DNA of 64,000 bases from Octopus vulgaris (taxonomy: Eukaryota), in NCBI GenBank assembly GCA_951406725.2, contig OX597821.1:56854001-56918000 (forward strand), written 5' to 3'. The position numbers were made by a program, and so were the translations under genes. Under the pieces are notes generated by a model. The model ran no database searches, was not told where the DNA came from, and saw only the letters and a program-made list of their open reading frames with translations. Numbering within the stretch: the first letter of the stretch is position 1; every line of letters starts with the position of its first letter. Positions 26,761 through 42,105 of this stretch are shown in pieces.

Positions 26761-27343
26761 TTTCCATTAGCCTTTCCAGGTGCATTTTATTCTAAAAGTA
26801 AATATTTTCAGTAGTGTATGAATTAAATTAACTGTCTTTGGCAACTCTTCATATACGTTAGTTTCCAACAAATTTATGATGTGAGCTTTGCTTAAGAAAA
26901 AGTTATTCTCATTGTTTTATGGCATTCACTAATTAAATGAATGATCGTTGTAAACATACATCAAAGTAATTACCAATTTCGTACCTTCAGATAGCTAATT
27001 TAATACTCCGCAGCCGAAGCAATGTGGACTCTCACAACCAACGAGTTTTTAATACCTCGTATTATTTCATCTACACTGGTACATTTTTACACAAATATAC
27101 AGTTGTCGACTATATTATTTTTTTGCACTAAAATACGTATTTTCTCTAAAAACATTTCCCACCTTCCGTAGAACATCTATATTGTCACCGATTAAGCTTC
27201 TGTCGTTCATGCATCAATAAGCTTTTGTCATAAGGTCCAAAGATTTGCAACCAGCGACTATACTTAGCGACATTTGACTCTCCAATTTCCACTAAATTAT
27301 GCGTGTCCATAAATTTGGTATATGGAAACTATGTGACAGTATG

Positions 27344-27387
<44 letters not shown>

Positions 27388-27470
27388 GGTCCCGGGTTGA
27401 TTCGGGGTTAACCACAGTAAGTAAGGTACTCAATACATAGCAGAGTAAAATTAATTTATTATATAGAAGG

Positions 27471-27521
27471 AGCTTCTACAGGACTAGTACTGTTTCATTC
27501 AAGAGAAATCTTCAGGAAGCT
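27471..27521 (-). ncRNA. Type I hammerhead ribozyme, canonical core
   Basis: Minus strand AGCTTC-CTGAAGA-tTTC TCTT GAAt-GAAA-CAG TACTAGTC CTG-TA-GAAGCT. Confidence 0.8.
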
Positions 27522-27869
27522 ATTTAACAAGAATTGTATTAGCATTTATACATTTAGGCAGGTTTAAAGGAGTGGTGGTGGGGGACTTTTTTGGGGGTAG
27601 GCATAGCGCAAAATATCATACTTGGGGGAGTGGTCAAGGAGTCAGTGGTAAGTTAGATGAAAGAATAGATAAATAAAAAAATAAAAAAGTAAAAAAATAA
27701 AAAAAAAAATAAAAAAAAAAATAAAAAAATAAAAAAATAAATAAATAAAAAAATAAATAAAAAAATAAAAAAATAAAAACATAAAAAATATATATAAAAA
27801 ATATATATATAAAAAATATATATATAAAAAAGGGGGATAGAGTTATAGGTAAATAAGGAGATTCTCACT

Positions 27870-27916
27870 TATACCTATACACATATGTATACGTATCTAC
27901 ACACATATATATACAT

Positions 27917-27973
<57 letters not shown>

Positions 27974-28262
27974 CACACATACATACATATCTACATACAC
28001 ACATACATACACCCGCCCACATATACAAATTTATACACATGCACATGCATATACCTGTCTACACATACACACACGTATATATGCATACACTCACTCCCAT
28101 GCATGCACGCATACACACATGTGTATATATACCCACGACCACACATACATATATACACAGAAAAATATATATTCATACGCACATACACTCATGCACACAC
28201 AACACACCTAGTTCCCTATATACACATATTTACACCTATATATACATACACCCACATACACA

Positions 28263-28294
<32 letters not shown>

Positions 28295-28399
28295 CATATA
28301 CACGCATACATATATATACATGTGTGCACATACATACATACACACATATACATACACGTACACATACACATGTGTACCTATACATACCTACACATACAC

Positions 28400-28440
<41 letters not shown>

Positions 28441-28831
28441 CCAATACAGGCCCATTCCCTAATTTTAATTTTATTATCTTCATTTATTACTTTTGTTATC
28501 TTTGATCGCTAGAGCTAAGGATCCTGGCTATGGCAGCATGTCCATTTGTCTGTCTACTAGAAGGCAAGTACTCATACCCGCACGCACACTCATTAGCACG
28601 TACATTCACCCATTCGTACACTCATACACATACACGTACGCACGCGTTATATTCATACATACAAACATCTACATACGTTCACGTATATACACAAACGTAC
28701 TCGTACCTACAGATTCGTGTCTACACTTTAGGAGGCTAGTCTATACATATACACCAATAAATATACATATATATATATATATACACATATACATACACAC
28801 ACACACATATACTCCTACATACAGATACATA

Positions 28832-28891
<60 letters not shown>

Positions 28892-29091
28892 CATACACAT
28901 ACACACATATATATATACACACACATACATACACATATATATACATACACAAACATATATACACACATATATATATATACACACATACACACACATACAT
29001 ACATATACACACAAACACATACATACGTATACATACATACATACATCCATACATCCATACATACATGCATTTATACGCATACACACACCCA

Positions 29092-29140
<49 letters not shown>

Positions 29141-29631
29141 TCACACATACATATACAAATATACGCACACACATACATACATACACGTATACACATACAC
29201 GCACATACACATATACATGCGTACCCATACACGTGCACACACGCACGCGCATCCATATATATACACACACACACATATATACACGTGTGCAAGCATACAT
29301 ACATACTCATACACGCACACATACTTACATATACATATATGCACACACTTACACACATATATACATACACATATACATGCATACATACATATATGCATAG
29401 ATACACATACACGCACATACACATATACATGCGTACCCATACACGTGCACACACGCACGCGCATCCATATATATACACACACACACATATATACACGTGT
29501 GCAAGCATACATACATACTCATACATGCACACATACTTACATATACATATATGCACACACTTACACACATATATACATACACATATACATGCATACATAC
29601 ATATATGCATACATACACACACGCGCACTCA

Positions 29632-29675
<44 letters not shown>

Positions 29676-29998
29676 TACATATATACACATACACATACAT
29701 ACACATATACATATACATACACATACACATACATACATATATATACACATATATACACATATACACATACATATATACACATATACATACATATACATAC
29801 ACACACACATACATATATACATATACACTGATACACATACCCATACATATATATATATATATACACACACACACATATACACATGCATATACTTATATCT
29901 CTACATACTCACATATAAACATATATATATATACACACACATATATATACATGTACATACACATACATATATATATATATATATATACATATATATAC
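27870..29998. repeat. ~2.1-kb alternating purine/pyrimidine (TA/CA) field with a 212-bp higher-order duplication
   Basis: 29191-29402 is repeated from 29403. Source of the spurious 502-aa ORF. Confidence 0.95.
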
Positions 29999-30030
29999 TG
30001 ATGGTGAAGCGAGTCCAGAAAGAGCTGAAG

Positions 30031-30099
30031 TCGAGCTGTTTTAACTGATGAGGCAACGGAAATTGCCCAAACTGACGCATCAGTATTAAGAGTTCTCGA
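30031..30099 (+). ncRNA. Type I HHR with a single core substitution (GAAA to CAAA)
   Basis: TTAA-CTGATGA-GGCAA CGGAAA TTGCC-CAAA-CTGA CGCA TCAG-TA-TTAA, with outer pairing TCGAG/CTCGA. Confidence 0.75.
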
Positions 30100-30178
30100 T
30101 CGACACGATTATGGTCCCTGTTAGTCACATTTGTAATTCTACTTTTTAGTGAAACATTGCAAACTGCTGTTTATATTA

Positions 30179-30221
<43 letters not shown>

Positions 30222-30225
<4 letters not shown>

Positions 30226-30305
30226 AATATTAGGGAATATATCCAAATTTACAGGGAAAAATCAGATTTAGGATTGAATCCAAATTTATAGTAAAATATA
30301 ATATA
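30222..30305. repeat. Dispersed repeat, inverted homologue of ~63515-63595
   Basis: AATATTAGGGAATATATCCAAATTTACAGGGAAAAATCAGATTTAGGATT versus AATCCTAAATCTAATTTTTCTCTGTAAGTTTGGATTTACTCCCTAATATT. Confidence 0.8.
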
Positions 30306-30409
30306 ATATTAATTAATATTATATATATATATACATATATGCATCTCTCTGTCTGTTTGTCACTCTCTCTCTCTCTCTCTATTTATCTATCTATCTATCT
30401 ATCTAATCA

Positions 30410-30976
30410 TCTACACCTGATCCCGCGCTATTTCGGCTCTACCGGTCATTGACTACAAGACCTGTCTGTGTTCGGACTGTCTTTGCACAGGAACCATCCA
30501 GCCTCCCACCTTCGCCGTAAACAGAATCTAATCTTCTCTCTTCGATCCTTTGCGCCACATTGGCTCAACTTCCCTCCTCTCTTCATCTGACTCCCCTCCT
30601 CTCCTCTATCCATCTAATACCGATTTCCTCTTTTCACTCCTACCCACCTCCTCTCTTCATTGATACCACCCCCACACACCCCACCCTACCCCTACATCCT
30701 ACACACAACATTCTCACATACACGCACACGAACCTTTGTTTTTAGATCTCCCTTTCTTTCAACCTCTTCTTTCAAATTTTTTTCTAATCATCACCATGCT
30801 TGACCGCTAAATCCACAAGTTTTTTTTTTTTTTGTATTCTCTCTCTGTTTATTTTCTCATGTTCCTTTCTGTCAGCTCGAAACATAAAATGCTTTTTCAC
30901 TTTCCCGAGCGTCAAACTAATACACCTGGTTGTTGTTCATACACCTGACTTCGTCTTTTGTTTTTCTATAAGTTTC

Positions 30977-30980
<4 letters not shown>
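30410..30980 (+). mobile_element. PLE (Neptune-like) 3' fragment and pLTR, same family as 50640-53705
   Basis: STGH*LQDLSVFGLSLHRNHPASHLRRKQNLIFSLRSFAPHWLN. The pLTR TTCCTTTCTGT..GCTCGAAAC..TTTTTCACTTTCCCGAGCGTCAAACTAAT matches 50690-50760 inverted. Confidence 0.8.
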
Positions 30981-31030
<50 letters not shown>

Positions 31031-31584
31031 CAACTACAGTACAATATATACGGAGATTAGTACAGCTGCATTTTTAAAATTTTTACTGTCAATTATACAG
31101 TGTATTTGGTTTAAACGTGTCGGACGAACGTTTCTCCTGCATAGACATCTCGCAATTACATCTTCATCCAATTACTTTCGTTTGGTTTTTAGTCAATGCA
31201 AATTTATTCAAGGTCATTATTATATGTTACTGTTGGTATCTGTTTTGAAGTCAAAATTAACAAAACAACGCATTCAGATGTATTCAAGTTTGGAATCTAT
31301 CTAGAAAAATACATTATGTTGAAAAATAGGTCAAAATTTGATCACCGAATAATAACTGTTCGTGCACTTCACATTAAAAAATTTCAAAAACAATTATTTC
31401 TCAACAATCATTACGTTTTGCATGAAATGTGAGGTACATTTCATTAATTGTCATCGCGTAGCGTATTGCCGTGCAAACATTATTGGCTCCTTAAAATCTT
31501 CGGCACCACTATATCCTTTTATTTTCTATTACAGGCACAAAGTCTAAGATTTTTGTGGTGTATAGGGATAGGGGATATGGGTCT

Positions 31585-31735
31585 AGTCTGTTACATCGAC
31601 TCCAGTGCACAACTGGTACTTATTTTATTGACTCCAAAAGGAGAAACGCGAATCTCGACCTCAGCGGAATTTGAACTTAGAACGTAAAGCCGTAAGAAAT
31701 GTTATTAAATATTTTGTCCGACGCACTAAGGATTT
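31585..31735 (-). mobile_element. SINE family 1, diverged
   Basis: CTGGTACTTATTTTATTGAC..TCGACCTCAGCGGAATTTGAAC is the reverse complement of the 2376 body. Confidence 0.75.
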
Positions 31736-32164
31736 TTCGTTGAAGCTTCTTTTATTGAAAAAAAATTTACAAAACAATGCACAACAACAATCCTTGTTTT
31801 CTTTCAGACAAAGAAAACATTTTTAAATACTTCAACTTAGTATGATTATTTTATTACGAGTAAGCTGTGTCCCAAATTCGTATGCTTTAGTTACTATGGC
31901 TCCGATGTAATCTATCCTATCTCAATATTTCAATGGTTCCAATTTCAATAATTTTGATTCTACGACGACTACAACCAGTGTATTACATTGTTTGCAAACT
32001 TTACCTACCCTCAGTCATTAAATCAGCAATCTGCTTCAATTATGTAATAACATAGAAATGGATTTTTATCGCATTCATCGTAGACTGCTTCAGAATAGTT
32101 CTATGCAAGAATATGTGTGTGTGTGTGTGCGTGCGTGTGTGTGTGCGTGTGTGTATGATATATT

Positions 32165-32235
<71 letters not shown>

Positions 32236-32240
<5 letters not shown>

Positions 32241-32542
32241 AATCAAGGAACGGCCATAATAGGCCATTCACCCACTAGAAATAACAGCCAAAAGCTTTAA
32301 CCGCAAAATAACATTAATTCCGTAAACCAGGAGAAAATTGAAAAACTTTTACCCTGTAATTTCTTAGACGATGCACCGTTTCATCTACCGTAGATGAAAC
32401 GGTGCATCGTCTAAGAAATTACAGGGTAAAAGTTTTTCAATTTTCTCCTGGTTTACGGAATTAATGTTATTTTGCGGTTAAAGCTTTTGGCTGTTATTTC
32501 TAGTGGGTGAATGGCCTATTATGGCCGTTCCTTGATTGTGAT
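32236..32542. repeat. Perfect palindrome, 153-bp arms, 1-nt centre (32389)
   Basis: 32236-32388 is the reverse complement of 32390-32542. Lies between two (TA)n tracts. Confidence 0.98.
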
Positions 32543-32638
32543 GTTGAACGTAAAAATGGTTTATGACTATTTAATTTTTTCCCACTAGGCCGTTGGTGGC
32601 AAAAGAATTCTACAAAATTTTTTGCCACCCTATATTGA

Positions 32639-33640
<1,002 letters not shown>

Positions 33641-34106
33641 ATACATACATATATATGTATATATATGTACATAGACATCCGAAGTGTACAGAATTATACA
33701 TCCATTACAGCCGATCTTACTAGGGTTACACAATCGGATTGTTACCTAGCACTCCGTTGAATCCCTGGCGCGAAATCTATTGATATATATACGAGAGCAT
33801 TTTTTCTTGATGTATGAACTCCTAGGCGATTTACGCACCCCCACACACACACACACACGCACATATATACCAATATATTAATGTTTGTTTCTCTGCATAG
33901 TTATATAAATATATACAAAAACAGTTAAACATTAAATGATCTATTAATACCTGTCAGTAGAATATCATAATGTTATATTTTTACAATTTTACAACGAAAG
34001 TTTGACAGTATCTTCAATGTTACTAGTAGTGTTCGCTGAGGAGAACTAGTAAACCGAAATTTTGATCGAAATATCAGTCAACTAGTTCCCTTTAATATAT
34101 ACTTAT

Positions 34107-34499
34107 GGCGCAGGAGTGGCTGTGTGGTAAGTAGCTTGCTAACCAACCACATGGTTCCGGGTTCAGTCCCACTGCGTGGCATCTTGGGCATGTGTCTTCT
34201 GCTATAGCCCAGGGCCGACCAATGCCTTGTGAGTGGATTTGGTAGACGGAAACTGAAAGAACCTGTCGTATATATGTATATATATATAAGTGTGTGTGTA
34301 TATGTTTGTGTGTCTGTGTTTGTCCCCCTAGCATTGCTTGACAACCGATGCTGGTGTGTTTACGTCCCCGTCACTTAGCGGTTCGGCAAAAGAGACCGAT
34401 AGAATAAGTACTGGGCTTACAAAGAATAAGTCCCGGGGTCGATTTGCTCGACTAAAGGCGGTGCTCCAGCATGGCCGCAGTCAAATGACTGAAACAAGT

Positions 34500-34506
<7 letters not shown>
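34107..34506 (+). mobile_element. SINE family 2, full length
   Basis: A/B-box tRNA-like head. Near-identical to other copies. Confidence 0.92.
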
Positions 34507-34562
<56 letters not shown>

Positions 34563-34816
34563 TACACGCGTACGTGTGTTACTGACTTCATAAGAATTTA
34601 GACGTTTCGAGAGAATGAGAAATAATTCAATTGGGGAACGATAAAACTCGAAACAGAGGGAGCTATAAATAATAAATTGTTAGTACTGGGTTTAAAATCT
34701 CTTCGGATAGAAGTCGAAGGTTGCCCATGGAACTCAAACTCAGATCTTCTACGGACATGGCAGACATTCTACCGTTCGAATGTGTGTATGTGTGTGTGGG
34801 TGTAGGTGTGTGTGTA

Positions 34817-34866
<50 letters not shown>

Positions 34867-35147
34867 TGTGCGTATGTATATGGGAACGAAATAGCTGATA
34901 ATAATGGCACATGTCATGTAATCCCCATTCGTCGATTGAATTTACTTAAACGATGATTGAGTGCAACGAATCTTCTTCCATTTTGTATAATCTTAGCAAA
35001 AGAAAAATAATAAATGCAAAGTGGAAATAGGATGCCAGTGGTCATTATCATTAGCAACCAATCACTTAGATATCAGTTACAAAGATTTATGATCGGAACT
35101 CTGACAAAAATAAACAGTTAGGAAAATAAATTGAACAGCAGAGTCGA

Positions 35148-35233
<86 letters not shown>

Positions 35234-37581
35234 CGTGTGTGTGTGTGTGTGTGTGTTTTAAAGAACGTTACAGTCTATTTTGTACGTTGCTCAAAATTCT
35301 TAATCAAATTTGACATTTCAAATTTCAAGTCGAATTTTGTAAAAACATTAAGTGTTTAGACAATTAAATAACCATTAAACTGTACTATATCCAAACACAT
35401 AGACATTGAAGGAACACAGATTATTAAATAAAAGAAGATTAATGAAATATTTCTTTTACAGTTCTTGTTTTTGTCACGTTCTTACAACACGATAGTCGTT
35501 TGTTTTCTGAATTAAAACCAAGTACTTTTAGTTTTAGTGAGTTATATATACCGAAGATGCAGGCACGTGCAGGAAAAGTAAACGCCTTGTTATTTCTTTA
35601 TAGGTCAGGCTATATCTATCTTACTACACATAATATAAAAAAAAATTCTTCCCTATCTTTTCTACACTCCAACCACACAGCTTAAGAAAAAGGTTAACAG
35701 ATCGTAACTTATACGCTTTAATTTGGTTTGCTTCTTTGTTCTTCCCTTGAAAAGAGATGGGGGGGGGGGAAACAATTATGCAATGCTGATTTTCGTACAT
35801 GCCTTTGTAAAGAGGAATATCTGTCATTGTATTTAGATTATTTTATTCTATTATGGTCTGAAAGAAATTGTATCCCTTTTCTAAATAGTTGTGTCGGTCA
35901 GTTTTGATAGACGGCTAGCACGTACGATAATAGATAAGAAAATCGTAACAGTTTGCTTTATAAACTAGTTTGATTGCAGTCTAGCTCGGAAGAGATACAG
36001 TAGAAGACAACGAGAGAACGACTATCAGCTAGAAGTGGCACAGTATTCTTCTTTAAACCACATCCTATTGTCTTAAGGAAAGGGCACGGAAGGTAATGGA
36101 GTAATAGCCACAATCCTAAACAATAGAGTATTCACGACTGGAATACATTTCATGTCTTCTTAATCAGGACTGTCGTGTAAATAAACAAAATGCAACCAAA
36201 ATGTATTGTTTATCGCTCTACGAAATATAGATGAATTACCACCCAAGAGAGTTGTCAATCACTGATCAAATAATGATCAGTTATCGGCAACAACGATCAG
36301 ACAGTAATCGGTTTACCCTCAATGAAATATCAGCAAGTGTAACCGAAGTCGTAGATTATTAAAAATTAAAATATTTCAATTAAATGTATAGATGTAGCAG
36401 TTGTATATTTAAATTTAAAAAATAAGAAAGCCTAATTTATAACTTACTCAGAAGAGGAAATTTAATGCCCATAAACACTTCAATCCTATCTCGTGATACG
36501 AACAAATATAGTTAAGTAGGATAGAAGTAGCGAATATTAATTACTATAGAGGTTGAATGGAAATATATCTACGGAGAAGGCTGAGAAGAATTTCAATATC
36601 TGGTGAGGAACTTCAAGGCAGACAGTTCAAGTTGAGAAATAGAAAAGGAGATACAATGAGAAAATGAAAGTTATTACTGTGAAGCAAGTAAAAGAATCCA
36701 CAACTTCAGGAGACAGACAACAGATATTTCATTTGTAAGGTATGTTAGAGATTGAGTACAGCTATCTGGATATGGTTGGTACTCCAACATGCATAATGGA
36801 AGCTTTGTTATTCCTCGAGTGTAGGGCGTTTACTTTCTGATGCTGAAACTATAATGGCTCCAGAATAGAAAGTTCTAATCACTGCAAAATGACGTTGCTT
36901 ATTGATAGAATGCGTGACTTTTGTTCCAGGGCTCGGATTCATAATTGACATAGAACATAAGCACATTATATACATGAATTATGTTGATCTCATGTGTACG
37001 TTAAAAAAGTAGGATCGATTTCCAGATTAAGTGTCGCAGATATCCTGTACTACCACCATTCGTTGAAAAACTTGCTGTATAATGATAAAACGAATAGTCC
37101 CTTTCGACGGTGGTTCCAAGTGGAGTTTGCAAGGTCGATCTGTTCCGGCAGGATTATGTTGGTATATGACCATTTATCTTTGGTCTTCAATTACGGTGTT
37201 TGTCCCAAACCACCTCATGTGTAATATCATTTATGCCGCTTTTATTTCTATGGTTTTTAAATCTAAGATTAGTAAAAAAAAACTGTTTCCAGAGTGTGTG
37301 GAATCATGTCTTCGTAAATTATATGTAATGGTCATAGTTATCTAAAATATAGATGTGAATGTAAAATATAATTTTACATACAGAATATATTTTTTAAAAC
37401 AGTGGTTACTATGGAAGCACGACATAAAATCTTCAACATAAATCATTCCTCTATATACATATATATATTCCTTGGAATTCAACCTTTAAAGGTTAAATTT
37501 ATAAACAATTTATAAGTAAGGGCAAAAGAAAAAATTATGAACTAACTCTGAAATCGGCTCCGATATGGTATATATATATGG

Positions 37582-37656
<75 letters not shown>

Positions 37657-38394
37657 AGCAAAACGGTGCTGATATAACAGTTTAATCAGAGTAGTCACCA
37701 TCAGCTTTCGCCACGGCCCCAAGATAGCTCCAGAACCTGGCGCCTGCGATCTTCACTGTGTCCCGGGAAAAACCTTTGAACAGCTCATTGGTTTTGGCCC
37801 TCACATACAGACATACATTCACACATGTCAGTCGTCACATGTGTATATGTATGTATAGATGTTTAATAACATACCTAACGCAGAAACACACACACACACA
37901 GTCAGAGAGACATACTCACTCATACACCCACACACATACACTAAGAGACACATACACACTCATATATGTGACGTCGTCCTCATCGTGGTATAAAATCTCC
38001 TTTACTATCCCGTACGTATCGAACGCGCAAACACACACACATAAAGTGAAACAATATTATATTGGAATTAAATTTTGAAATAATAAAAGTGAAGCAATAA
38101 TATATCACACGTGGAAGTCAATTTGTTGACAGAAATTACGAACCCCATTTCAGCGTATAAAGCTGTAGAAGAAAATAGGTTGAGTGAAAAAACTTGAGCC
38201 ACTTCAGGATAACTTTTTCTAACGCTTGAACGCTTAGTGGCGTGGTTAAATTCTCAATTGGTTAATAATGAAGGCTTATCTGCTGTATCTCAACGATTTT
38301 CGATAGAGGGAGAAATGTAAATAGTGTATTTAAAATTTTGAATAAGTAATCTTGTAGGGAGAAAGTACAAATAGCGTGAGGACAAAGATATTTA

Positions 38395-38399
38395 CGCAT

Positions 38400-38437
<38 letters not shown>

Positions 38438-38767
38438 AAGACAGGAAGTATTGCAGAGAGTGTAAGTGAGATAGAGAAAAGATAAGTAGAGAGTGAGAAA
38501 AGGGAGAGAATCGCTTGAAAACTACAGAAGTCAAAGGGAAAGAATCGGTTGAAAACTACAGTGTTTACAGAAAAAAACCCATGTGAAAAGCCTGGTTGGT
38601 TTCTCGCATTAAGCGGGAGCTCTAGGCAAAATGTTATAGTCCGTGTCCATATTTGGTACATAAGTAATGTGTGTGTAAATTTGGTGAAAATCGGCTGAAA
38701 ACTGTAGAAATGCACATGTTCTACACACAGAGACACACAAACATATCCTTTGTTTTATATTTATGGA
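38395..38767 (-). mobile_element. Helitron-like 5' terminal fragment
   Basis: Minus-strand start TCCATAAATATAAAAC and AAATTTGGTGAAAATCGG..ACAGAGACACACAAAC layout resemble the 23560-23661 end. 3' end not found. Confidence 0.4.
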
Positions 38768-40284
38768 TGCCTTGTTTACTAACACAATTCATCTTTTGGC
38801 CAGTTTTATTCGACCTTGGTAAATGGATGGAAGTAGGTTGTGCTGTTATTTGTTTCTCTTCATACATCTCTGATTGTCATCTGTATTCTCCTTTAATGTG
38901 TGGGAGTGATTAACGATAACGATATATACTTTATGCTTCAAATGTCTATAGAGAATAATTATTTTGTGGAGCTTTCTGGCAGCTGTTTTTAGAATGGAAA
39001 CTGCTAGTCAGCGCCTATGAATCTGAATTTTTTTAATTTATTCACATTGCCATCTTTACTCAATGAGTGTGTGTTCTTTCCTCCCTTTTGATAATTTCTC
39101 ATTTGTCGTGTTCCTTGTCACTTTCAGATATAAATTATACATTTTGTTTTCCTTGTACGTATGTGCGTGGGCAATTGTCCAAAAACACAGGTACGTCTGC
39201 ATACATTCCATATTCTGCAGTGATACGTCATCAGTACATGTAGATGTGATACCCACATGTGTCATACCGATTTGATTTTGGTGCTTATCGAGAGCTTGTT
39301 GGCAGCAGAAAATCTTTCAGTATAGTTGTTTCAATACTCATAGAACGTTTCACTTATAATCCACTGTATTAGGATTCTTCAAAAAAAATTATTCCATGCT
39401 CTTAAATCTTTCGTTTGCAAATGAAACGTGGCTTTGCAGGGCACACCTTGCAATTCTTTCAGCTTCGGTTTCCTTTTTCTTTTTCCCTGATTAATATTAT
39501 GATTAGTTTCTTCCAGGATATTCTTAAAACTTTTCGCTCTTTCATTATCGGTTGTGGTATCTGCGGACGTCATGTTATCAATTGTTTTCTTCTTTTAATT
39601 GATATTGTATTACTTGCTGACTTTATCTTTTCTTATCTCTAACTTCTGTATTGCATACAGAACATACTGAATTTGCCTCAAGTTTAGATTATTTTCAAAC
39701 CTTACTACGGCGCAATAAAATGCCCTGACCCTGCTCTGACTGTAAACAGCTGGTGAAATGCTTCACTAACAAATTACCTTATATCAAGAGGATATGTGAA
39801 AGTCATTAATTCTTTCCATACATAAATGAAAATGTTTTCAAGAAACGGTACCGTTAGAATGAAGGAGAATGAATAAACAAAATAAATGATCGAGGAAACA
39901 AATTCCTCCCAAACCTTTGGCGATTAGCTGACGTTGATAGATGCAGGTGAATATATCAGTGACCAGGTTGAAGATATACAGTGAAATAGAAACGTTATAC
40001 TATACAGTAATATCAAGAAGCATAACGAAAGCTGATAAAACGGTATTTAATTCGCTGATAATTGATACTTCCTTTGCAATTAGAAGACAGTATTACTGTT
40101 TGTACTAACAAGGGAATCTTGCCTTTAATACGAGCTGATCACAGCAACGAATATGTTCTTATTTTAGATTTCATTTCAGTTGACAAAGTTTAGGTAGATT
40201 AATCTAATACAGAATCTGCAATATCAGCAAAATCAATATCTGCAAATGTTAAAAATAACTCAAAATTAGTTTTACATCATATAA

Positions 40285-40338
<54 letters not shown>

Positions 40339-41041
40339 CGTGTATGTATACCTCATCTTATCTCATCTGGAAGGGTTCATTGGGTCCATACTTGTATCTT
40401 CGATTGATTTTTTCCCATAAAACCCGCCCAGCGATTCTTCACCGAAACACTCTTACCACGCATCCGTAGTATCGGTGCTGTGATCTCTCAATTTAAAGAA
40501 GTAGCGCTTCTCTACATGTTATCACATGAGCTAGTCAACTAGTAGGTACTTCTAGTTAATTAGCACATGTGATGACATTCCATCTGACCACAGGGGTGCA
40601 GAAATACCTTTGGTTAGAGTCAGGACGCTCAGTGAAACCACTTGACATGAGAGACCTTAGCTGCTCTCACAGTATCCATCTAGGAGATAACACTCTGATG
40701 TTAGTTTCATGTGATTATTGGTCATCTCGCTTTGGCTTCTCATTAGGTGAAAATCACGAACACTCAAAGAGTGGTACACGTGTTGTACAAACGTTGTTGT
40801 ACAAAATGTTTCTCCATGATGACTTCAGTTGTCATTCCATCTACTAAAAGTCCGACGGCAATAGAAAAGTGGTAACATAACTAAACTTAACCAGCGCATA
40901 GAAAGTTACAGCTAACGTCTTTTACCTACGCTTCAAATCATGCAGATCTGCCAGAGGTCTGAATAGTCATCTGGGAGATAAAGCATGGGGAATTAAGCAA
41001 TACCATTGATAACGAGGAAGCACAAGGAATCGCGCGCGCGT

Positions 41042-41091
<50 letters not shown>

Positions 41092-41927
41092 CAAATATAT
41101 GCCATTGGCCACTCAACTTTTTTCCCTTAGCTCATTTTTGTGTTATTTATGCAAACCAGCTTAGCCATAAATGCGTTCTCACCTTATTCTTTAAGTCCTT
41201 TGACTACTGGAGATAAAAAAAAATTGAAAGAGTACAAATACTCCTAAACCACATAGATCCAACTGCAACTTCTTAGCTAGGAATAAATGACCATTGCAAG
41301 CTCACTACAGAAAGTCTAATGTGGTCTACAGGGGCACAGTCCTTAATAAACCTCGGAGCTACTATCAATTTTAAACAAAGATACTCTGCACACTTAAACT
41401 CTTTTAAATACGAAAATCAGTAAATCCACCTCTTTCACAGAGCATATACACTACCTTAATAATAAGAAGATACCACAAGGCATACATTCATTCATCATTA
41501 ACACAGGTCCACCATGCTCCCATTTAGTTATTTAAGGAATCTCTGCAAATCCTGTCACATAACACTGTACAATTATTAAACAAGTATTATGAGGCCATCT
41601 CTACGTGTATCCACATTTTTTTAAAGTAATACCACAGGTGCAAGTGCAGTGACGCACTTACTTTTAGCATAACTAACTTTTAGCATAGGTTTCATACCTA
41701 ATTAAATTGGTATATCCACAATATCTTCATATCTTATCCTTCCTCTGTAGATCCTAATTCTCTCCTTTATTCCCTAATTAACGCCTCCCACCTAGATTAT
41801 AATAATAGAATATCTTCTCAGTTGCAACACCCTCGTTATTAATAAAACACCACTAGGCCTTTCTTCTCATGGTATGGAGTTATATACGAATTAATGATAT
41901 GCATATAATTAATCTATCTTTCCAGCT

Positions 41928-42105
41928 CAAGATGCCACGGAGTAGGACTCAACCTGATAACACGCGCTTATAAAGCCAGCTTCTTAACCTCGTAGTCATG
42001 CCTATACGTACACGTGTATGTGTGCAGTGAAGGTATGTGGCTTTGTGATTAAGGTATTCCGCTTACGGTCGTAAGGTTGTAAGTTCGGTTCCTGGCAGCG
42101 CATTT
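41928..42105. mobile_element. Two divergent SINE head remnants, back to back
   Basis: 41928-42003 resembles a family-2 head on the minus strand. 42028-42105 has A/B-box-like TGGCTTTGTGA / AGTTCGGTTCC on the plus strand. Confidence 0.5.

Noticed and set aside
28493-30001. 502-aa ORF and many YI/HT/CV-rich ORFs
   Set aside because: Translations of stop-free dinucleotide microsatellites.
34035-34090. HHR-like segment (GAACTAGT..GAAA..TC..ACTAGTTC)
   Set aside because: Core and stem III do not fit the topology convincingly.
34107-34180. tRNA gene
   Set aside because: A/B boxes are present but it continues into a multi-copy SINE body, and no convincing cloverleaf was seen.
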